A DNA stretch of 64,000 bases from the NCBI GenBank assembly GCA_958295775.1, contig CATQHC010000002.1, forward strand, positions 653,663 to 717,662. Reading direction: 5' to 3'. The DNA is from Chloroflexota bacterium. Its GTDB lineage: Bacteria; Chloroflexota; UBA11872; VXOZ01. Below are positions 1 to 10,715 of this stretch, in pieces; positions within the stretch are counted from its first letter, which is position 1; each line of letters begins with the position of its first letter. A program made the position numbers and the translations under genes. The notes beneath the pieces are model-generated. The model was not told the origin of the DNA. It worked only from the letters and a program-made list of their open reading frames with translations, and did not search any database.

Positions 1-216
1 GCACGAGGGCTGAAAGCCTTGGGTAAATGAATTTTTTTCCTTTGGCTTGCTCCGTAAGTTCAGTCTTCATGCGGCGTTGTTTATCCAGTTCTTACCTTTA
101 AAAGGGACGAGAATTTACAATGAGCACGCTCCATGAACCTGCGCTTTTCGAGATCGGAGCTTGACATGGGAAAACTCAATGCAAGACATCTCCCATTAGT
201 TGCGTGAGGTAGGAGC

Positions 217-232
217 TTGTGATATCTTTCAC
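217..232. promoter_or_regulatory. Candidate Rex operator TTGTGATATCTTTCAC upstream of rex (autoregulation)
   Basis: TGTGA-N6-TCAC inverted repeat ~30-65 bp upstream of the possible rex starts; resembles the Rex operator consensus TTGTGAA-N4-TTCACAA. Confidence 0.45.
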
Positions 233-263
233 GTGGCAAATGCCTCTGACATGAGGAGCGCCA

Positions 264-959
264 ATGCCTGGGACACCGAGGGTCAAAGCGCCGCAAATGG
301 CTATACGCCGCCTCTCAATGTACTACCGTACATTAGCCGTGCTACGCGAACAGGGAGTGGCAAGTGTCTCTTCCGAACACCTCTCTACCCTGACTGGTTC
401 CACTGCCGCCCAGGTCCGACGCGACCTCGCGTATTTTGGGAGCTTCGGCAGGCGCGGGGTAGGGTATGACGTGGAGTCTCTCCAGTCTCACATGCGGGGT
501 ATCCTGGGAATCGGCGAAGGCTGGCCCATGGCGCTGGTTGGTGTCGGCAACCTCGGCTCAGCGCTGCTGGCGTATGACGGCTTTCCGCGTCAAGGATTCC
601 GCATCGTGGAAGCTTTTGACTCCGATCCGCGCCGGGTAGGCACGGTCATTCGCGATGTGGTCGTCAAGCCAATGGACCAAGTCAGGGAGACCGTTCGAGA
701 ACGCCGCATCGCAATGGCGCTGCTGGCCGTGCCGGCAAAAGCAGCGCAAGCCGTCACAGAGCAACTCATTGATGCCGGCGTGCGTTGTCTGCTCAACTTT
801 GCACCCATCTCGCTCAAGGTACCCTCACACGTTTATCTCGCAAGTGTAGACCTTTCAATCGAGGTGGAATACCTCTCATACCTGCTGCGCGAGAGCAGAG
901 CGGAGGACTCTGCGTCGAACGACATCCGCACTGATGTAACCACTATGATGCCTCTCTAG
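264..959 (+). CDS. rex: Redox-sensing transcriptional repressor Rex (start may be the internal Met at 297)
   Basis: Winged-helix N-terminus (RLSMYYR) plus Rossmann NAD(H)-binding GxGxxG (VGVGNLG); characteristic Rex architecture; sits directly upstream of the nuo operon. Confidence 0.85.
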   Translation: MPGTPRVKAPQMAIRRLSMYYRTLAVLREQGVASVSSEHLSTLTGSTAAQVRRDLAYFGSFGRRGVGYDVESLQSHMRGILGIGEGWPMALVGVGNLGSALLAYDGFPRQGFRIVEAFDSDPRRVGTVIRDVVVKPMDQVRETVRERRIAMALLAVPAKAAQAVTEQLIDAGVRCLLNFAPISLKVPSHVYLASVDLSIEVEYLSYLLRESRAEDSASNDIRTDVTTMMPL

Positions 960-1058
960 GCAACACCCGGCAGCGCGGTTGTAAACGAAAACGAAATGGT
1001 TCATTATAAGACCGGAGTGCGCCCGGTACAGGTGAAGGCGAGGGCAAGAGGGTAGGCG

Positions 1059-1436
1059 ATGGAGTACTACGTAAGCTACATCCCGTTTCTGGTGACCTTT
1101 GTTGCCGCTTCCGGATTCGGTATTGTGTCGCTTGCGCTTGCTGCCATAGTTCGACCCAAGTTTCGGCCCGGGCCGCTGCGGACTGTGCCCTATGAATCGG
1201 GCATTGGCCCCAGTGGGCTGATAGGCGACACTCGCGGCCGCCATGGGATTCATTTCTATATGGTGGCAATTGTCTACGTAGTATTTGACCTGGAACTCGC
1301 CTTTCTCTTTCCCTGGGCCGTAATCCTCGGTTCGCTCGGCCTCTTTGGTTTGGTTGAAATGGCGATATTCATTGCCGTGTTGCTCGTTGGCTACGTGTAC
1401 GCATGGAAGAAAGGAGCGTTCGATTGGGGGTTGTAG
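1059..1436 (+). CDS. nuoA: NADH-quinone oxidoreductase subunit A
   Basis: 125 aa, 3 TM helices, NuoA/ND3 conserved motifs; first gene of a nuo cluster. Confidence 0.9.
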   Translation: MEYYVSYIPFLVTFVAASGFGIVSLALAAIVRPKFRPGPLRTVPYESGIGPSGLIGDTRGRHGIHFYMVAIVYVVFDLELAFLFPWAVILGSLGLFGLVEMAIFIAVLLVGYVYAWKKGAFDWGL

Positions 1437-1996
1437 AAGATACGCTGGCCCTGCCGACTTCGCAGGGAACTGCGCAGACCGCCGGGCAGAAAACCGGCGC
1501 CTCCGGCTTCGTTCTTGCCTCCGCCGATCAAGTCCTGAATTGGGGACGCGCGAATGCGTTGTGGCCAATGACGTTCGGCTTGGCGTGCTGCGCCATCGAA
1601 ATGATGTCGCTCTTCGCTTCACACTACGACGCGGACCGCTTCGGCATGGCGTTCCGGGCGACACCGCGACAATCTGACGTGATGATCGTGGCAGGCACGG
1701 TTACCAAGAAGATGGCGCCGATAATTCGCAACCTTTGGGAGCAGATGGCGCGTCCGCGCTGGGTCATTGCGCATGGCAACTGCGCCACCTGCGGCGGGCC
1801 GTATCGTTCATACAGTGTGCTGCAAGGTGTAGACCTCGCGGTGCCTGTGGACATTTACGTGCCCGGCTGCCCCCCGCGTCCCGAAGCGCTGCTCGAGGGA
1901 CTCATGCTGTTGCAACAGAAGATCAAGCAGGGCGAGTGGGCCGGTGCGGACGAGGCCTTGCTTACCGAGCGCGCCGCCGCGGCAGTGAAGGAGTAA
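1403..1996 (+). CDS. nuoB: NADH-quinone oxidoreductase subunit B (likely real start TTG at 1424 preceded by GAAAGGAG)
   Basis: [15 protein letters not shown] and CPPRPE motifs of NuoB/PSST with Cys ligands for cluster N2. Confidence 0.92.
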   Translation: MEERSVRLGVVEDTLALPTSQGTAQTAGQKTGASGFVLASADQVLNWGRANALWPMTFGLACCAIEMMSLFASHYDADRFGMAFRATPRQSDVMIVAGTVTKKMAPIIRNLWEQMARPRWVIAHGNCATCGGPYRSYSVLQGVDLAVPVDIYVPGCPPRPEALLEGLMLLQQKIKQGEWAGADEALLTERAAAAVKE

Positions 1997-2003
1997 CGGA
2001 GAG

Positions 2004-2477
2004 TTGAGCACCCCGCCGCTAGTTGCTGCCGATACAATCCATGAGCGTGTGCATGCGGTCTTGGGAGAAAAAGTCACTGCCGCGGACACGCTCCGCAACT
2101 ACCTGACAATCGAGGTTGCGGCCCGCAATCTCTTGGCAGTCGCAACAGTGCTGCGCGATGATGCTGAACTCCGTTTCAATTATTTCGGCGATGTAACCGC
2201 GGTGCATTGGCCCGGCGAGACGCAGGAGTACGAAGTCGTCTATCATCTGCGTTCGATTCCGGATAATCGCCGTATCCGCCTCAAGACCCGCATTGCCGCT
2301 GGCGAGTCCATTGAATCGATGGCGCAAGTTTGGCCGGGCGCCGACTGGCCGGAACGCGAGGTCTACGATCTCATGGGCGTGAAGTTTGATAACCACCCGG
2401 ACCTCCGGCGCATCTTGATGGACGAAGACTACGAGTATCACCCTTTGCGAAAGGACTTTCCCCGCGAGGGGCTCTAG
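2004..2477 (+). CDS. nuoC: NADH-quinone oxidoreductase subunit C (30 kDa); TTG start
   Basis: NuoC-family sequence in operon position; GGAGAG RBS before the TTG. Confidence 0.88.
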   Translation: MSTPPLVAADTIHERVHAVLGEKVTAADTLRNYLTIEVAARNLLAVATVLRDDAELRFNYFGDVTAVHWPGETQEYEVVYHLRSIPDNRRIRLKTRIAAGESIESMAQVWPGADWPEREVYDLMGVKFDNHPDLRRILMDEDYEYHPLRKDFPREGL

Positions 2478-2516
2478 CCACGAGGACCACTCCTTAAGGA
2501 GTAGTGAACACGTCAC

Positions 2517-3722
2517 ATGGCGACAGTTGAGATTGAACGCATAGCCGGCGAAGATGATTCGGGTCTCATCCTGAATATGGGGCCGCAGCATCCCAGTACC
2601 CATGGTGTGTTGCGGGTCATCCTGAAGATGGACGGCGAGTACATCGAAGAAGCCGTTCCCATCATTGGTTACCTGCATCGCGGCACCGAAAAGATTGCCG
2701 AGAGCGAGACCTATACCCAGATACTTGGGTATACCGATCGCATGGACTACACTGCCGCAGCCTCCAGTAACCTGGGCTGGCTGGTGGCTGTGGAAACTCT
2801 TGCCGGCATCGAAGTGCCGGAACGCGCCCAGTGGCTGCGCTGCATCGTGGGCGAGTTGGGGCGTCTGGCAGGGCATCTGGTGTGGATTGGCACCCATGCC
2901 CTGGACATCGGCGCCATGTCAATATTCCTGTATGCCTTCCGCGCGCGTGAACGCGTGCTGGAGCTTTTCGAAGAGCTCTGCGGCGCGCGCATGACCCACA
3001 GTGTGATGCGCCCCGGCGGCTTTCTTGAAGAACCGCGCGACCCATTCTATCGAAAACTTGAGGATTCTCTAGATTACTTCCTCCGCGAGATCGATCAGTT
3101 CGACAAGTTGCTTTCAAGAAATGAGCTCTGGCTTGGACGCACCATAGACGTGGGCGTTATTTCCGGCGATGACGCGATCGCCATGGGCCTATCAGGACCA
3201 TGTTTGCGCGGCTCGGGAGTGGCATGGGACATCCGCAAGACGGAACCGTATGCGGCCTATGACAAGGTAGAGTTCGACGTACCGATTGGCACCGGCAAGG
3301 GCGACGTCTTCAGCCGCTACCTGCTGCGCATCGAGGAAATGCGGCAGAGCGTGCGCATCATGCGTCAGGTAACAGAACACCTGCCGCCGGGCCCGGTGAT
3401 GACTGATGATTCGCGCGTCGGTCGCCCGGACACACCGCGCCTCTACACCGATATGGAAGCCATGATCAACCACTTTTGGATGTATATCCACGGCTTCCCG
3501 GTGCAGCGCGGCGAGACGTACTGCGCCATCGAGGCGCCAAAGGGCGAGCTTGGCTTCTACGTCGTCAGTGACGGCAGCGGCAAGCCCTACCGGATGCACG
3601 TGCGTTCGCCTTCCTTTGTCAACCTGCAGTCGTTGCCGTACTTGGTAAAGGGCCGGTTGTTGGCGGACGTGGTTTCCGTCATTGGCAGTATTGACATCGT
3701 GCTAGGTGAAATTGATCGATGA
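2517..3722 (+). CDS. nuoD: NADH-quinone oxidoreductase subunit D (49 kDa)
   Basis: 401 aa with NuoD/NiFe-hydrogenase large-subunit-like motifs (RGxEK, C-terminal DIVLGEIDR). Confidence 0.93.
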   Translation: MATVEIERIAGEDDSGLILNMGPQHPSTHGVLRVILKMDGEYIEEAVPIIGYLHRGTEKIAESETYTQILGYTDRMDYTAAASSNLGWLVAVETLAGIEVPERAQWLRCIVGELGRLAGHLVWIGTHALDIGAMSIFLYAFRARERVLELFEELCGARMTHSVMRPGGFLEEPRDPFYRKLEDSLDYFLREIDQFDKLLSRNELWLGRTIDVGVISGDDAIAMGLSGPCLRGSGVAWDIRKTEPYAAYDKVEFDVPIGTGKGDVFSRYLLRIEEMRQSVRIMRQVTEHLPPGPVMTDDSRVGRPDTPRLYTDMEAMINHFWMYIHGFPVQRGETYCAIEAPKGELGFYVVSDGSGKPYRMHVRSPSFVNLQSLPYLVKGRLLADVVSVIGSIDIVLGEIDR

Positions 3723-3784
3723 TTTCGGTGTGGCGCGTACGACAACCCATGGCTGGCTTTCGCCAAGGCTGAGAAGAGGAAACG

Positions 3785-6322
3785 ATGCCGACTCCTTCGG
3801 AGAAGACGGTAACACTTACAGTTGACGGCCAAGAGGTAACGGTACCTGACGGCGCGACGATTCTGGATGCGGCGCGCAAGGCCGGCATCTACATACCCAC
3901 CCTGTGCTTCGATACCTTCCTCAAGCCGTACGGCGCGTGCCGCATGTGCGTGGTAGAGGTCGAACGGGCGCCAAAGCCCCTCTCCTCCTGCAACACGGCA
4001 GCCATGGAAGGCATGGTAGTCAGCACCAAAGCCGAGCCGGTGGTGCACGCCCAGCAGGGCATCATGGAAATGACTTTGCAGCACCACCCGTTGGATTGTC
4101 CCTATTGCGACAAGTCCGGCGTGTGCGATCTCCAGCACACTGCGTACGAGGTCGGCGTATACCGCAGTAAGTTGGGCAGCGATAATCCGAACGAACCCGA
4201 CCATGAGTTCAGCCCTCTAATCGAGTGGGACCCAAATCGCTGCATATATTGCGGCAAGTGTGTGCGAGTTTGCGATGAGCGTGTTGGCGACAGCGCGCTT
4301 ACCTTCAATCTGCGCGGGTTTCACAGCTACATAGGTACCCAATTCGATGAACCGCTTGACTGCGTCGAGTGCGGCGAGTGCATCGAAGTCTGTCCGGTGG
4401 GCGCGCTGCTCAGCCGACCCTTTATGCATAGCGGGCGTGCCTGGCAAGTACACCAGAGCGAGTCCGTGTGTAACCACTGCAGCGTTGGGTGCCAGTTGCA
4501 CGTTGAAACACGCATGGGTGAGGTGCTGCGCACAAAGGCCAATCCGGCGCTCCGGGACCAAACTCCGGTGAACACCAGAGATCGCGGTCCGGGAGACGGC
4601 ATGCTCTGCACACGGGGCCGCTTTGGCTACGACTACATCCATGATGACGGACGCCTGGCTCAGCCCCTCGTCCGCAGGGACGGGCAGCTTGAACCGGCAA
4701 GCTGGGACGAGGCCCTTAATTTGGTTGCAACCAAGATTTCAGAAGCAAAATCGGACCATGGCGCGGATTCGATTTCCGCAGTGACTTCAGGACGTATTTC
4801 GGACGAAGAGAATTACCTCATCTCGCGCCTCATGCGGGAAGTAGTGGGCACCAACAACATCGACAGTACCGAGCGCTGGACCTTCATTCCAACGCTTAAG
4901 GCCCTGGGTCCTGCCGCGTTCAACTTCAGCATTGCCCAGATGGAGCACATGGACGCGTACCTTGTCGTTGGCGGGGACCTCATGGAAAGCCACGATGTGC
5001 TGGGTATGCGTTTGCGGCAGTGGGTTCGCGACCAAGGGAAGCTCCTCATTCAGGCGGGCAGCCTGCCCAGCAGACAGGATGGTCGCTTCGCGAACCGGGT
5101 GCTGCGCGTACGGCCCGGCGCCGAGGTGCATCTGCTGCACGGCCTCGCCGCGGAGCTTTTACGTCAGTCCGCGGACGACAACCCTCCGGACGAATTACAG
5201 TCATATAGCTTAGAACGGTCTGCTGCCGACACCGGCATCCCAGTGGATGATCTCCGCGAAACCGCCGCACAGCTTAGACAGGCCGGCAACATCGGTATAG
5301 TGTGGGGACTTGGCAGTTGGCTGATTGGCGGCGCGGCAGGCTTGGCCCAGTCGGCAGCGAACCTTGCGCTGGCACTGCCCGGGGCAGAGCTCTTCCCATT
5401 GGCTAACAAGGCGAACTCGCGCGGCCTGGTGCAAATGGGCGCTGGCGCCGATATCTTGCCAAACTTCCGCAGCAGCGACGATGCACAGGCCCGCAGCGCG
5501 CTAGGCCGCCTGTGGGACGTGGTTCTACCGGAGTCTCAGGGCAATTCATTGGATGATCTATTGGCCGGCGCTGATGTTTCCGTGCTCTACATTGTCGGCG
5601 AAGACCTGGCTACCAGCGCCCGCAATCATGGACAGGCCGCAGCGCTTCTGCACCGGGCGCAGTTTGTGGTAGTGCAAGACCTGTTTGTCACCGAAACGGC
5701 GGCACAATACGCCGATGTCGTCTTGCCTGCCGTCAGTTTTGCCGAGAAGACCGGTACTTACACCAATTTGGAAGGTCGTACGCAACGGGCGCAAGCGGCA
5801 ATTACACCGGTGGGGGAGGCAAAACCCGATTGGCAGATCTTCTGTGAACTTGCCCTGCAGCTTGGCGCACGGTGGACCTACCGGAATCCCGATGCCGTGG
5901 CCCAAGAAATCGTAGAAGTGATGGCAGACATTCCCATTACCCATAGCGAACCGCGTTTTGGCTGGCAGGAGCTGCCGGTACTGCCAAGTGTGAACGGAGA
6001 CGGCAAGCTGCTCTTGGTGACCCAGGATCATCTCTTTGTGCCCGGTGTCACCGGACGTTATAGTAGCAACCTGCGTCGTTTGGTGGCCGAACCGGTTGCA
6101 GAATTGCACCCGGTACAGTTGGAACGCCTTGGCATCAATGACGGTGACAAAGTGGGCATTCAAGCAAACGGTGCAGACCTGACCGTAACGGCAAAGGCCA
6201 ACGATAAATTAGTCGAGGATGTAGTCTATCTTCCCGTTGGCTTCCCGGACGCGCCGGTAGGCGCATTGCTCGGCACAGAAGCCACGGTGGCTGTATCAGT
6301 GCGCGCCGCGTCCGCAGACTAG
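3785..6322 (+). CDS. nuoG: NADH-quinone oxidoreductase subunit G (75 kDa)
   Basis: N-terminal 2Fe-2S ferredoxin fold, HxxxCxxC/CxxCxxC 4Fe-4S motifs, C-terminal molybdopterin-oxidoreductase-like domain; follows nuoD with no nuoE/nuoF between. Confidence 0.9.
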   Translation: MPTPSEKTVTLTVDGQEVTVPDGATILDAARKAGIYIPTLCFDTFLKPYGACRMCVVEVERAPKPLSSCNTAAMEGMVVSTKAEPVVHAQQGIMEMTLQHHPLDCPYCDKSGVCDLQHTAYEVGVYRSKLGSDNPNEPDHEFSPLIEWDPNRCIYCGKCVRVCDERVGDSALTFNLRGFHSYIGTQFDEPLDCVECGECIEVCPVGALLSRPFMHSGRAWQVHQSESVCNHCSVGCQLHVETRMGEVLRTKANPALRDQTPVNTRDRGPGDGMLCTRGRFGYDYIHDDGRLAQPLVRRDGQLEPASWDEALNLVATKISEAKSDHGADSISAVTSGRISDEENYLISRLMREVVGTNNIDSTERWTFIPTLKALGPAAFNFSIAQMEHMDAYLVVGGDLMESHDVLGMRLRQWVRDQGKLLIQAGSLPSRQDGRFANRVLRVRPGAEVHLLHGLAAELLRQSADDNPPDELQSYSLERSAADTGIPVDDLRETAAQLRQAGNIGIVWGLGSWLIGGAAGLAQSAANLALALPGAELFPLANKANSRGLVQMGAGADILPNFRSSDDAQARSALGRLWDVVLPESQGNSLDDLLAGADVSVLYIVGEDLATSARNHGQAAALLHRAQFVVVQDLFVTETAAQYADVVLPAVSFAEKTGTYTNLEGRTQRAQAAITPVGEAKPDWQIFCELALQLGARWTYRNPDAVAQEIVEVMADIPITHSEPRFGWQELPVLPSVNGDGKLLLVTQDHLFVPGVTGRYSSNLRRLVAEPVAELHPVQLERLGINDGDKVGIQANGADLTVTAKANDKLVEDVVYLPVGFPDAPVGALLGTEATVAVSVRAASAD

Positions 6323-6331
6323 GGATTCGCA

Positions 6332-7351
6332 ATGACAGAGTTAGTCATAGCAGTAATCGTCAAATCCTTAATAGCGTTTGCGATTCCGCTGCTGGTAGTG
6401 CCGCCGCTCATTTGGGGCGAACGCCGCATTTTGGGTCGAATTCAGTCGCGCATCGGTCCCAACCGCGTCGGTCCCTTTGGCGCTTTCCAAACGCTCGCCG
6501 ATGCCGTGAAGCTCTTGGGTAAAGAGGACATGATCCCGGCCGGAGCCGATCGGGCCCTTTTCATACTCGCGCCGTTTCTGCTCTTTGTCCCATCATTCAT
6601 GGCTTGGTCTGTCGTGCCGATCGGTACAGAACTCCACATCTTTGGGCGTGTTATTGGCCTTTATCCTACCGACCTCAACGTTGGCCTGCTCTACATTCTG
6701 GCGCTGACCTCAGTTTCGGTGTATGGCATTGTCATGGCCGGCTGGGCATCCAATAGCAAGTACGCGCTGTTGGGCAGTCTCCGCTCTAGCGCCCAGATGA
6801 TCAGCTACGAGATCATGCTTGGCCTCGCGCTCGTTGGCGTTGTGGTGCTTGCCGGGTCCTTGTCGCTACCCGAAATCGTACGACAGCAGCAGGTCCCATA
6901 CGCAATTCCATTGATTATTGGCACCTTTGTCTTTGTGTGCGCCGCGCTGGCGGAAACCAACCGTGCCCCCTTCGACCTACCGGAAGCGGAAACTGAGCTT
7001 GTTTCCGGCTATCACGTCGAGTACTCCGGCTGGCGGTTTTCCTTCTTCTTCCTTGCTGAATATGCGAATATGCTGCTGGCGTCATTCTTGGTAAGTGCGG
7101 TATTCCTGGGCGGCGGGTGGCCCGCCCAATTCCTGGAACCGTATATCGGCCATCTCTGGGCGACGCTCCTTGCGCTCTTTTTCATGGTGAGTAAGGTCTT
7201 TCTCTTCTTGTTCTTCTATTTCTGGCTACGAGCCACCTTGCCGCGATTTCGTTACGATCAAATGATGAACTTCTGCTGGAAAGTGCTGCTACCGTTGGGG
7301 TTGCTCAATCTCGCAGTAGCCACTGTTCTAAAGTTGACGGTATATGCCTAA
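6332..7351 (+). CDS. nuoH: NADH-quinone oxidoreductase subunit H
   Basis: 339 aa polytopic membrane protein with NuoH/ND1 signature. Confidence 0.92.
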   Translation: MTELVIAVIVKSLIAFAIPLLVVPPLIWGERRILGRIQSRIGPNRVGPFGAFQTLADAVKLLGKEDMIPAGADRALFILAPFLLFVPSFMAWSVVPIGTELHIFGRVIGLYPTDLNVGLLYILALTSVSVYGIVMAGWASNSKYALLGSLRSSAQMISYEIMLGLALVGVVVLAGSLSLPEIVRQQQVPYAIPLIIGTFVFVCAALAETNRAPFDLPEAETELVSGYHVEYSGWRFSFFFLAEYANMLLASFLVSAVFLGGGWPAQFLEPYIGHLWATLLALFFMVSKVFLFLFFYFWLRATLPRFRYDQMMNFCWKVLLPLGLLNLAVATVLKLTVYA

Positions 7352-7381
7352 TCTAATCACGGAGCCGGGAGAGGAGACGCG

Positions 7382-7840
7382 ATGAGTTTTCGGTTTGATT
7401 CGCTGCTGCCAATCGCAAGAGGGTTGAGTATTACCCTGCGCGAGTTCTTTCGGCAGCCCGTGACAATTCGCTATCCGGAGCAAAAACGTACCCTTTCCTC
7501 GATTTATCGCGGCGCAGTCGGCATGCGCCGCAGACCGGACGGACGGCCGAAGTGCGTCGGCTGCGGTCTGTGTGAGACCGCGTGCCCAAATGAGTGCATT
7601 ACCATCACGACTGAGTCGAATCCCGCGCAGCCGACTGACAAGGTGGTAACGTCGTACACGCTGGATGTTGGGCGCTGCCTCTTTTGCGGGCTTTGCGTTG
7701 AGGCCTGTCCGGTGGAAGCGCTGGAGATGACCGATGCCTACAATTTCTCCACCGACGACCGCAGCACACTCATCTATGATGTAGACCGCCTGATGGACTT
7801 GGTAGACAAGCAAGGCAAGGAGGTCTCAACGCTTGAATAG
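7382..7840 (+). CDS. nuoI: NADH-quinone oxidoreductase subunit I
   Basis: Two CxxCxxCxxxCP 4Fe-4S ferredoxin motifs (CVGCGLCETACP, CLFCGLCVEACP). Confidence 0.93.
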   Translation: MSFRFDSLLPIARGLSITLREFFRQPVTIRYPEQKRTLSSIYRGAVGMRRRPDGRPKCVGCGLCETACPNECITITTESNPAQPTDKVVTSYTLDVGRCLFCGLCVEACPVEALEMTDAYNFSTDDRSTLIYDVDRLMDLVDKQGKEVSTLE

Positions 7841-8456
7841 CGAGACCTTGCTCTCCCTGATCTTTGCGTATCTCGCGCTGGCGTGCGTGGCGTTTGCCGT
7901 GCTCGTAATCATGCTGCGGAATCCCGTGCAGTGTGCGCTGGCGCTGGTGGGGGTTGTCTTCCACCTGGCGGGGATCTTCATCTTGCTTCGCGCCGAGTTT
8001 CTCGCGGCGGCGCACATCATCATCTACGCCGGCGCCATCATTGTGCTCTTTCTGTTTACAATGATGCTGCTAAACCTTGGAGTGGTCGAGCGGGCACGGC
8101 AGTTTCACGTGCAGGCGCCCTTGGCGATCGTGGTTGGCGCGATCCTCTTTCTGGAATTCGTGGTGCTGACCGGCGCTACAATCACCGTTGGCGCGCAGGG
8201 AGCCCACTCGCCCGCGTGGGTTGCCGGACAGGGAGGCAACGTGCAGGCATTGGGGCAGGTGCTTTTCCGGGACTATCTGCTGCCATTTGAAATTGCCTCG
8301 GTCCTGCTGACCGCTGCCGTGGTAGGAGCAATTGTCTTGGCGAAACAGAAGCCGCGGCGGCCGCGCTCGTCCTCGCAGATGGGCGTGGGCGAGTGGATGG
8401 CAGAACGGTACGAAAAGGCAAAGACGCGCGAGCAAGACCCAGCCGAGCCGCGCTGA
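7833..8456 (+). CDS. nuoJ: NADH-quinone oxidoreductase subunit J
   Basis: 207 aa, 5 TM helices, NuoJ/ND6-like; operon position. Confidence 0.85.
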   Translation: MNSETLLSLIFAYLALACVAFAVLVIMLRNPVQCALALVGVVFHLAGIFILLRAEFLAAAHIIIYAGAIIVLFLFTMMLLNLGVVERARQFHVQAPLAIVVGAILFLEFVVLTGATITVGAQGAHSPAWVAGQGGNVQALGQVLFRDYLLPFEIASVLLTAAVVGAIVLAKQKPRRPRSSSQMGVGEWMAERYEKAKTREQDPAEPR

Positions 8457-8473
8457 GGAGGTAGGCACTGCAC

Positions 8474-8782
8474 ATGATAATCCCTGCCTTGGAGTACTAC
8501 TTGGTGCTGGGCGCGGCACTGTTCATTATCGGCCTGCTGGGCGTGCTGGTGCGGCGCAATCTGCTTATAGTGTTTATGTCAATTGAATTGATATTGCTTG
8601 GCGCAAACGTGACTTTTGTTGGTTTCGCGGTGGCCTTGAACAACATGCTCGGACAAGCGTTTGTTATTTTCTCGCTGACGGTCGCGGCTGCGGAAGCGGC
8701 AGTTGGGCTTGCCATCATCGTGGCGCTTTCGCGCCATCGGGACACGCTGAATGTCGATGAAATCGATACTCTCAAGGGGTAA
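8474..8782 (+). CDS. nuoK: NADH-quinone oxidoreductase subunit K
   Basis: 102 aa, 3 TM helices, NuoK/ND4L pattern. Confidence 0.9.
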   Translation: MIIPALEYYLVLGAALFIIGLLGVLVRRNLLIVFMSIELILLGANVTFVGFAVALNNMLGQAFVIFSLTVAAAEAAVGLAIIVALSRHRDTLNVDEIDTLKG

Positions 8783-8797
8783 GGGCGAAAGTACATA

Positions 8798-10705
8798 ATG
8801 GTCCAAGTTGCCTGGCTCATTCCGGCGTTGCCACTCATCGCATTCGCGATCAATGGCGCGCTTGGGCGTACCTACCTTAAGAAGCGCACCGGCATTATTG
8901 CGAACGCAGGTGTCTTGGGCGCCCTTGTGGTTAGTGTGCTCCTTTTCGTCGCGCAACTCGACCATGCAGAGCCCGAGACCGTTTCCCTTTGGACGTGGGC
9001 CGTTTCCGGTGATTTCGCGCTGGACATCGTGCTGCGCGTAGACGCCCTCACGCTGGTGATGCTGCTCGTCGTCACGAGCGTCTCATTCATGGTGCACGTG
9101 TACTCGATTGGGTACATGGACAATGACCCCGGCTTCTGGCGCTTCTTTACGTATCTGCCCCTCTTCGTCTTTGCGATGATTATGCTCGTGATGGCGAACA
9201 ATCTGTTGGTTCTGTTCGTGTTTTGGGAAGCCGTAGGCCTGTGTTCCTATCTGCTCATCGGCTTTTGGTTTGAGCGTCAATCCGCTTCTGCGGCCGCTGT
9301 GAAGGCCTTTCTCACAAATAGAATTGGCGACGTCGGCTTTCTCATCGGCTTGCTGCTCATCTGGCATGTCTTTGGAACGCTGAACTACGATGAAATCTTC
9401 AGTTTGGCGCCGGTAGTTGAAGCTGCGCGGCCCGGTATACTCACTCTGATCTGTCTCATGTTATTCGTAGGAGCCATGGGCAAGTCTGCCCAGTTCCCGC
9501 TGCACGTGTGGCTGCCCGACGCGATGGAGGGCCCGACGCCCGTGAGCGCCTTGATTCACGCCGCAACCATGGTGACCGCAGGCGTTTACATGGTGGCGCG
9601 GTTCAATCCGCTCTACGTGCTCTCTTCGACCGCGATGACGGTGGTGGCACTTGTCGGCGCCTTCACCGCCCTGTTTGCCGCAACCATCGGCCTGACGCAG
9701 AACGACATTAAGCGTGTATTGGCATACTCGACTGTTAGTCAGCTTGGACTTATGTTCATGGCGCTCGGCGTAGGCGCCTTTACCGCAGCCATCTTTCACT
9801 TGGCGACTCACGCCTTCTTCAAGGGCCTCCTCTTCCTGGGTTCCGGCTCCGTGATTCATGGCACGGACGAGGAACAGGATATGCAACGTATGGGCGGTCT
9901 CTTTGGCAAAATGCCCGTTACCGGCGCCACCTACATCATCGGCGGCCTCGCGCTTTCCGGCATCATTCCGTTGGCGGGATTCTGGAGCAAGGATGAACTG
10001 CTGGGAGCCACGTTACTCTCAGGTGATCTTGGTTACCTTCTCTTTGTCCTGGGCGCGCTGGCGTCCCTCCTCACCGCCGTCTACACGTTCCGCATGATTT
10101 TCCTCACCTTCTTCGGCAAGACGCGAATGGCGGCTGAGAGATTCTCCCATGTTCACGAATCGCCGCGGGTAATGACCGTGCCGCTCATTGTGCTTGCAGT
10201 GGGCGCGGTGGGCGCGGGTTTTGTTGGCGTGCCCCCGGAGCATGGCTTGATCCACAATTACCTCCACGATACGTTCCTGGCGGCCGAATTTGCCGGCTTG
10301 GTCCACGTGCCGTCGACGGTGTTTGTACTCGCGCTGATGGCGGTTTCAACGGTTATTGCCCTGTTGGGGATCCTTGTCGCCTACGGCATCTTCATGCGCA
10401 GGTCGCCGGCCCCTGAGTCCGTTGCGGGCTTAGCGCCGCCTCTCCATGCGCTATTGGTCAACAAATACTATCTGGACGACTTTTATGATGCGGTGTTAGC
10501 AGGTGGAACGCGGACCGCAGGCGGGCTCTTTGCCTGGTTCGACCTCAACATCGTGGACGGTGTCGTCAACCTCATTGGGCTTGTTGTCAGAGGCGTTGGC
10601 GGCGGCCTCCGCCGCATGCAGACCGGCCGCCTGGAAAACTATGCCTTTAGCGTTGCTCTGGGGACTGCGCTTGTCTTGGCTTTCTATATCATGATGGCGC
10701 GCTGA
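8798..10705 (+). CDS. nuoL: NADH-quinone oxidoreductase subunit L
   Basis: 635 aa antiporter-like subunit with WLPDAMEGPTPVSALIHAATMV motif. Confidence 0.93.
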   Translation: MVQVAWLIPALPLIAFAINGALGRTYLKKRTGIIANAGVLGALVVSVLLFVAQLDHAEPETVSLWTWAVSGDFALDIVLRVDALTLVMLLVVTSVSFMVHVYSIGYMDNDPGFWRFFTYLPLFVFAMIMLVMANNLLVLFVFWEAVGLCSYLLIGFWFERQSASAAAVKAFLTNRIGDVGFLIGLLLIWHVFGTLNYDEIFSLAPVVEAARPGILTLICLMLFVGAMGKSAQFPLHVWLPDAMEGPTPVSALIHAATMVTAGVYMVARFNPLYVLSSTAMTVVALVGAFTALFAATIGLTQNDIKRVLAYSTVSQLGLMFMALGVGAFTAAIFHLATHAFFKGLLFLGSGSVIHGTDEEQDMQRMGGLFGKMPVTGATYIIGGLALSGIIPLAGFWSKDELLGATLLSGDLGYLLFVLGALASLLTAVYTFRMIFLTFFGKTRMAAERFSHVHESPRVMTVPLIVLAVGAVGAGFVGVPPEHGLIHNYLHDTFLAAEFAGLVHVPSTVFVLALMAVSTVIALLGILVAYGIFMRRSPAPESVAGLAPPLHALLVNKYYLDDFYDAVLAGGTRTAGGLFAWFDLNIVDGVVNLIGLVVRGVGGGLRRMQTGRLENYAFSVALGTALVLAFYIMMAR

Positions 10706-10715
10706 GGAGACTTTA

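Noticed and set aside
876-1664. 262-aa ORF on the minus strand across the rex/nuoA region
   Set aside because: Antisense to well-supported genes, Arg/Ser-rich composition typical of spurious ORFs in high-GC DNA, no motif.
2019-2897. 292-aa minus-strand ORF antisense to nuoC/nuoD
   Set aside because: Overlaps conserved nuo genes on the opposite strand; composition artefact.
5558-6163. 201-aa minus-strand ORF inside nuoG
   Set aside because: Antisense to nuoG; no recognisable domain.
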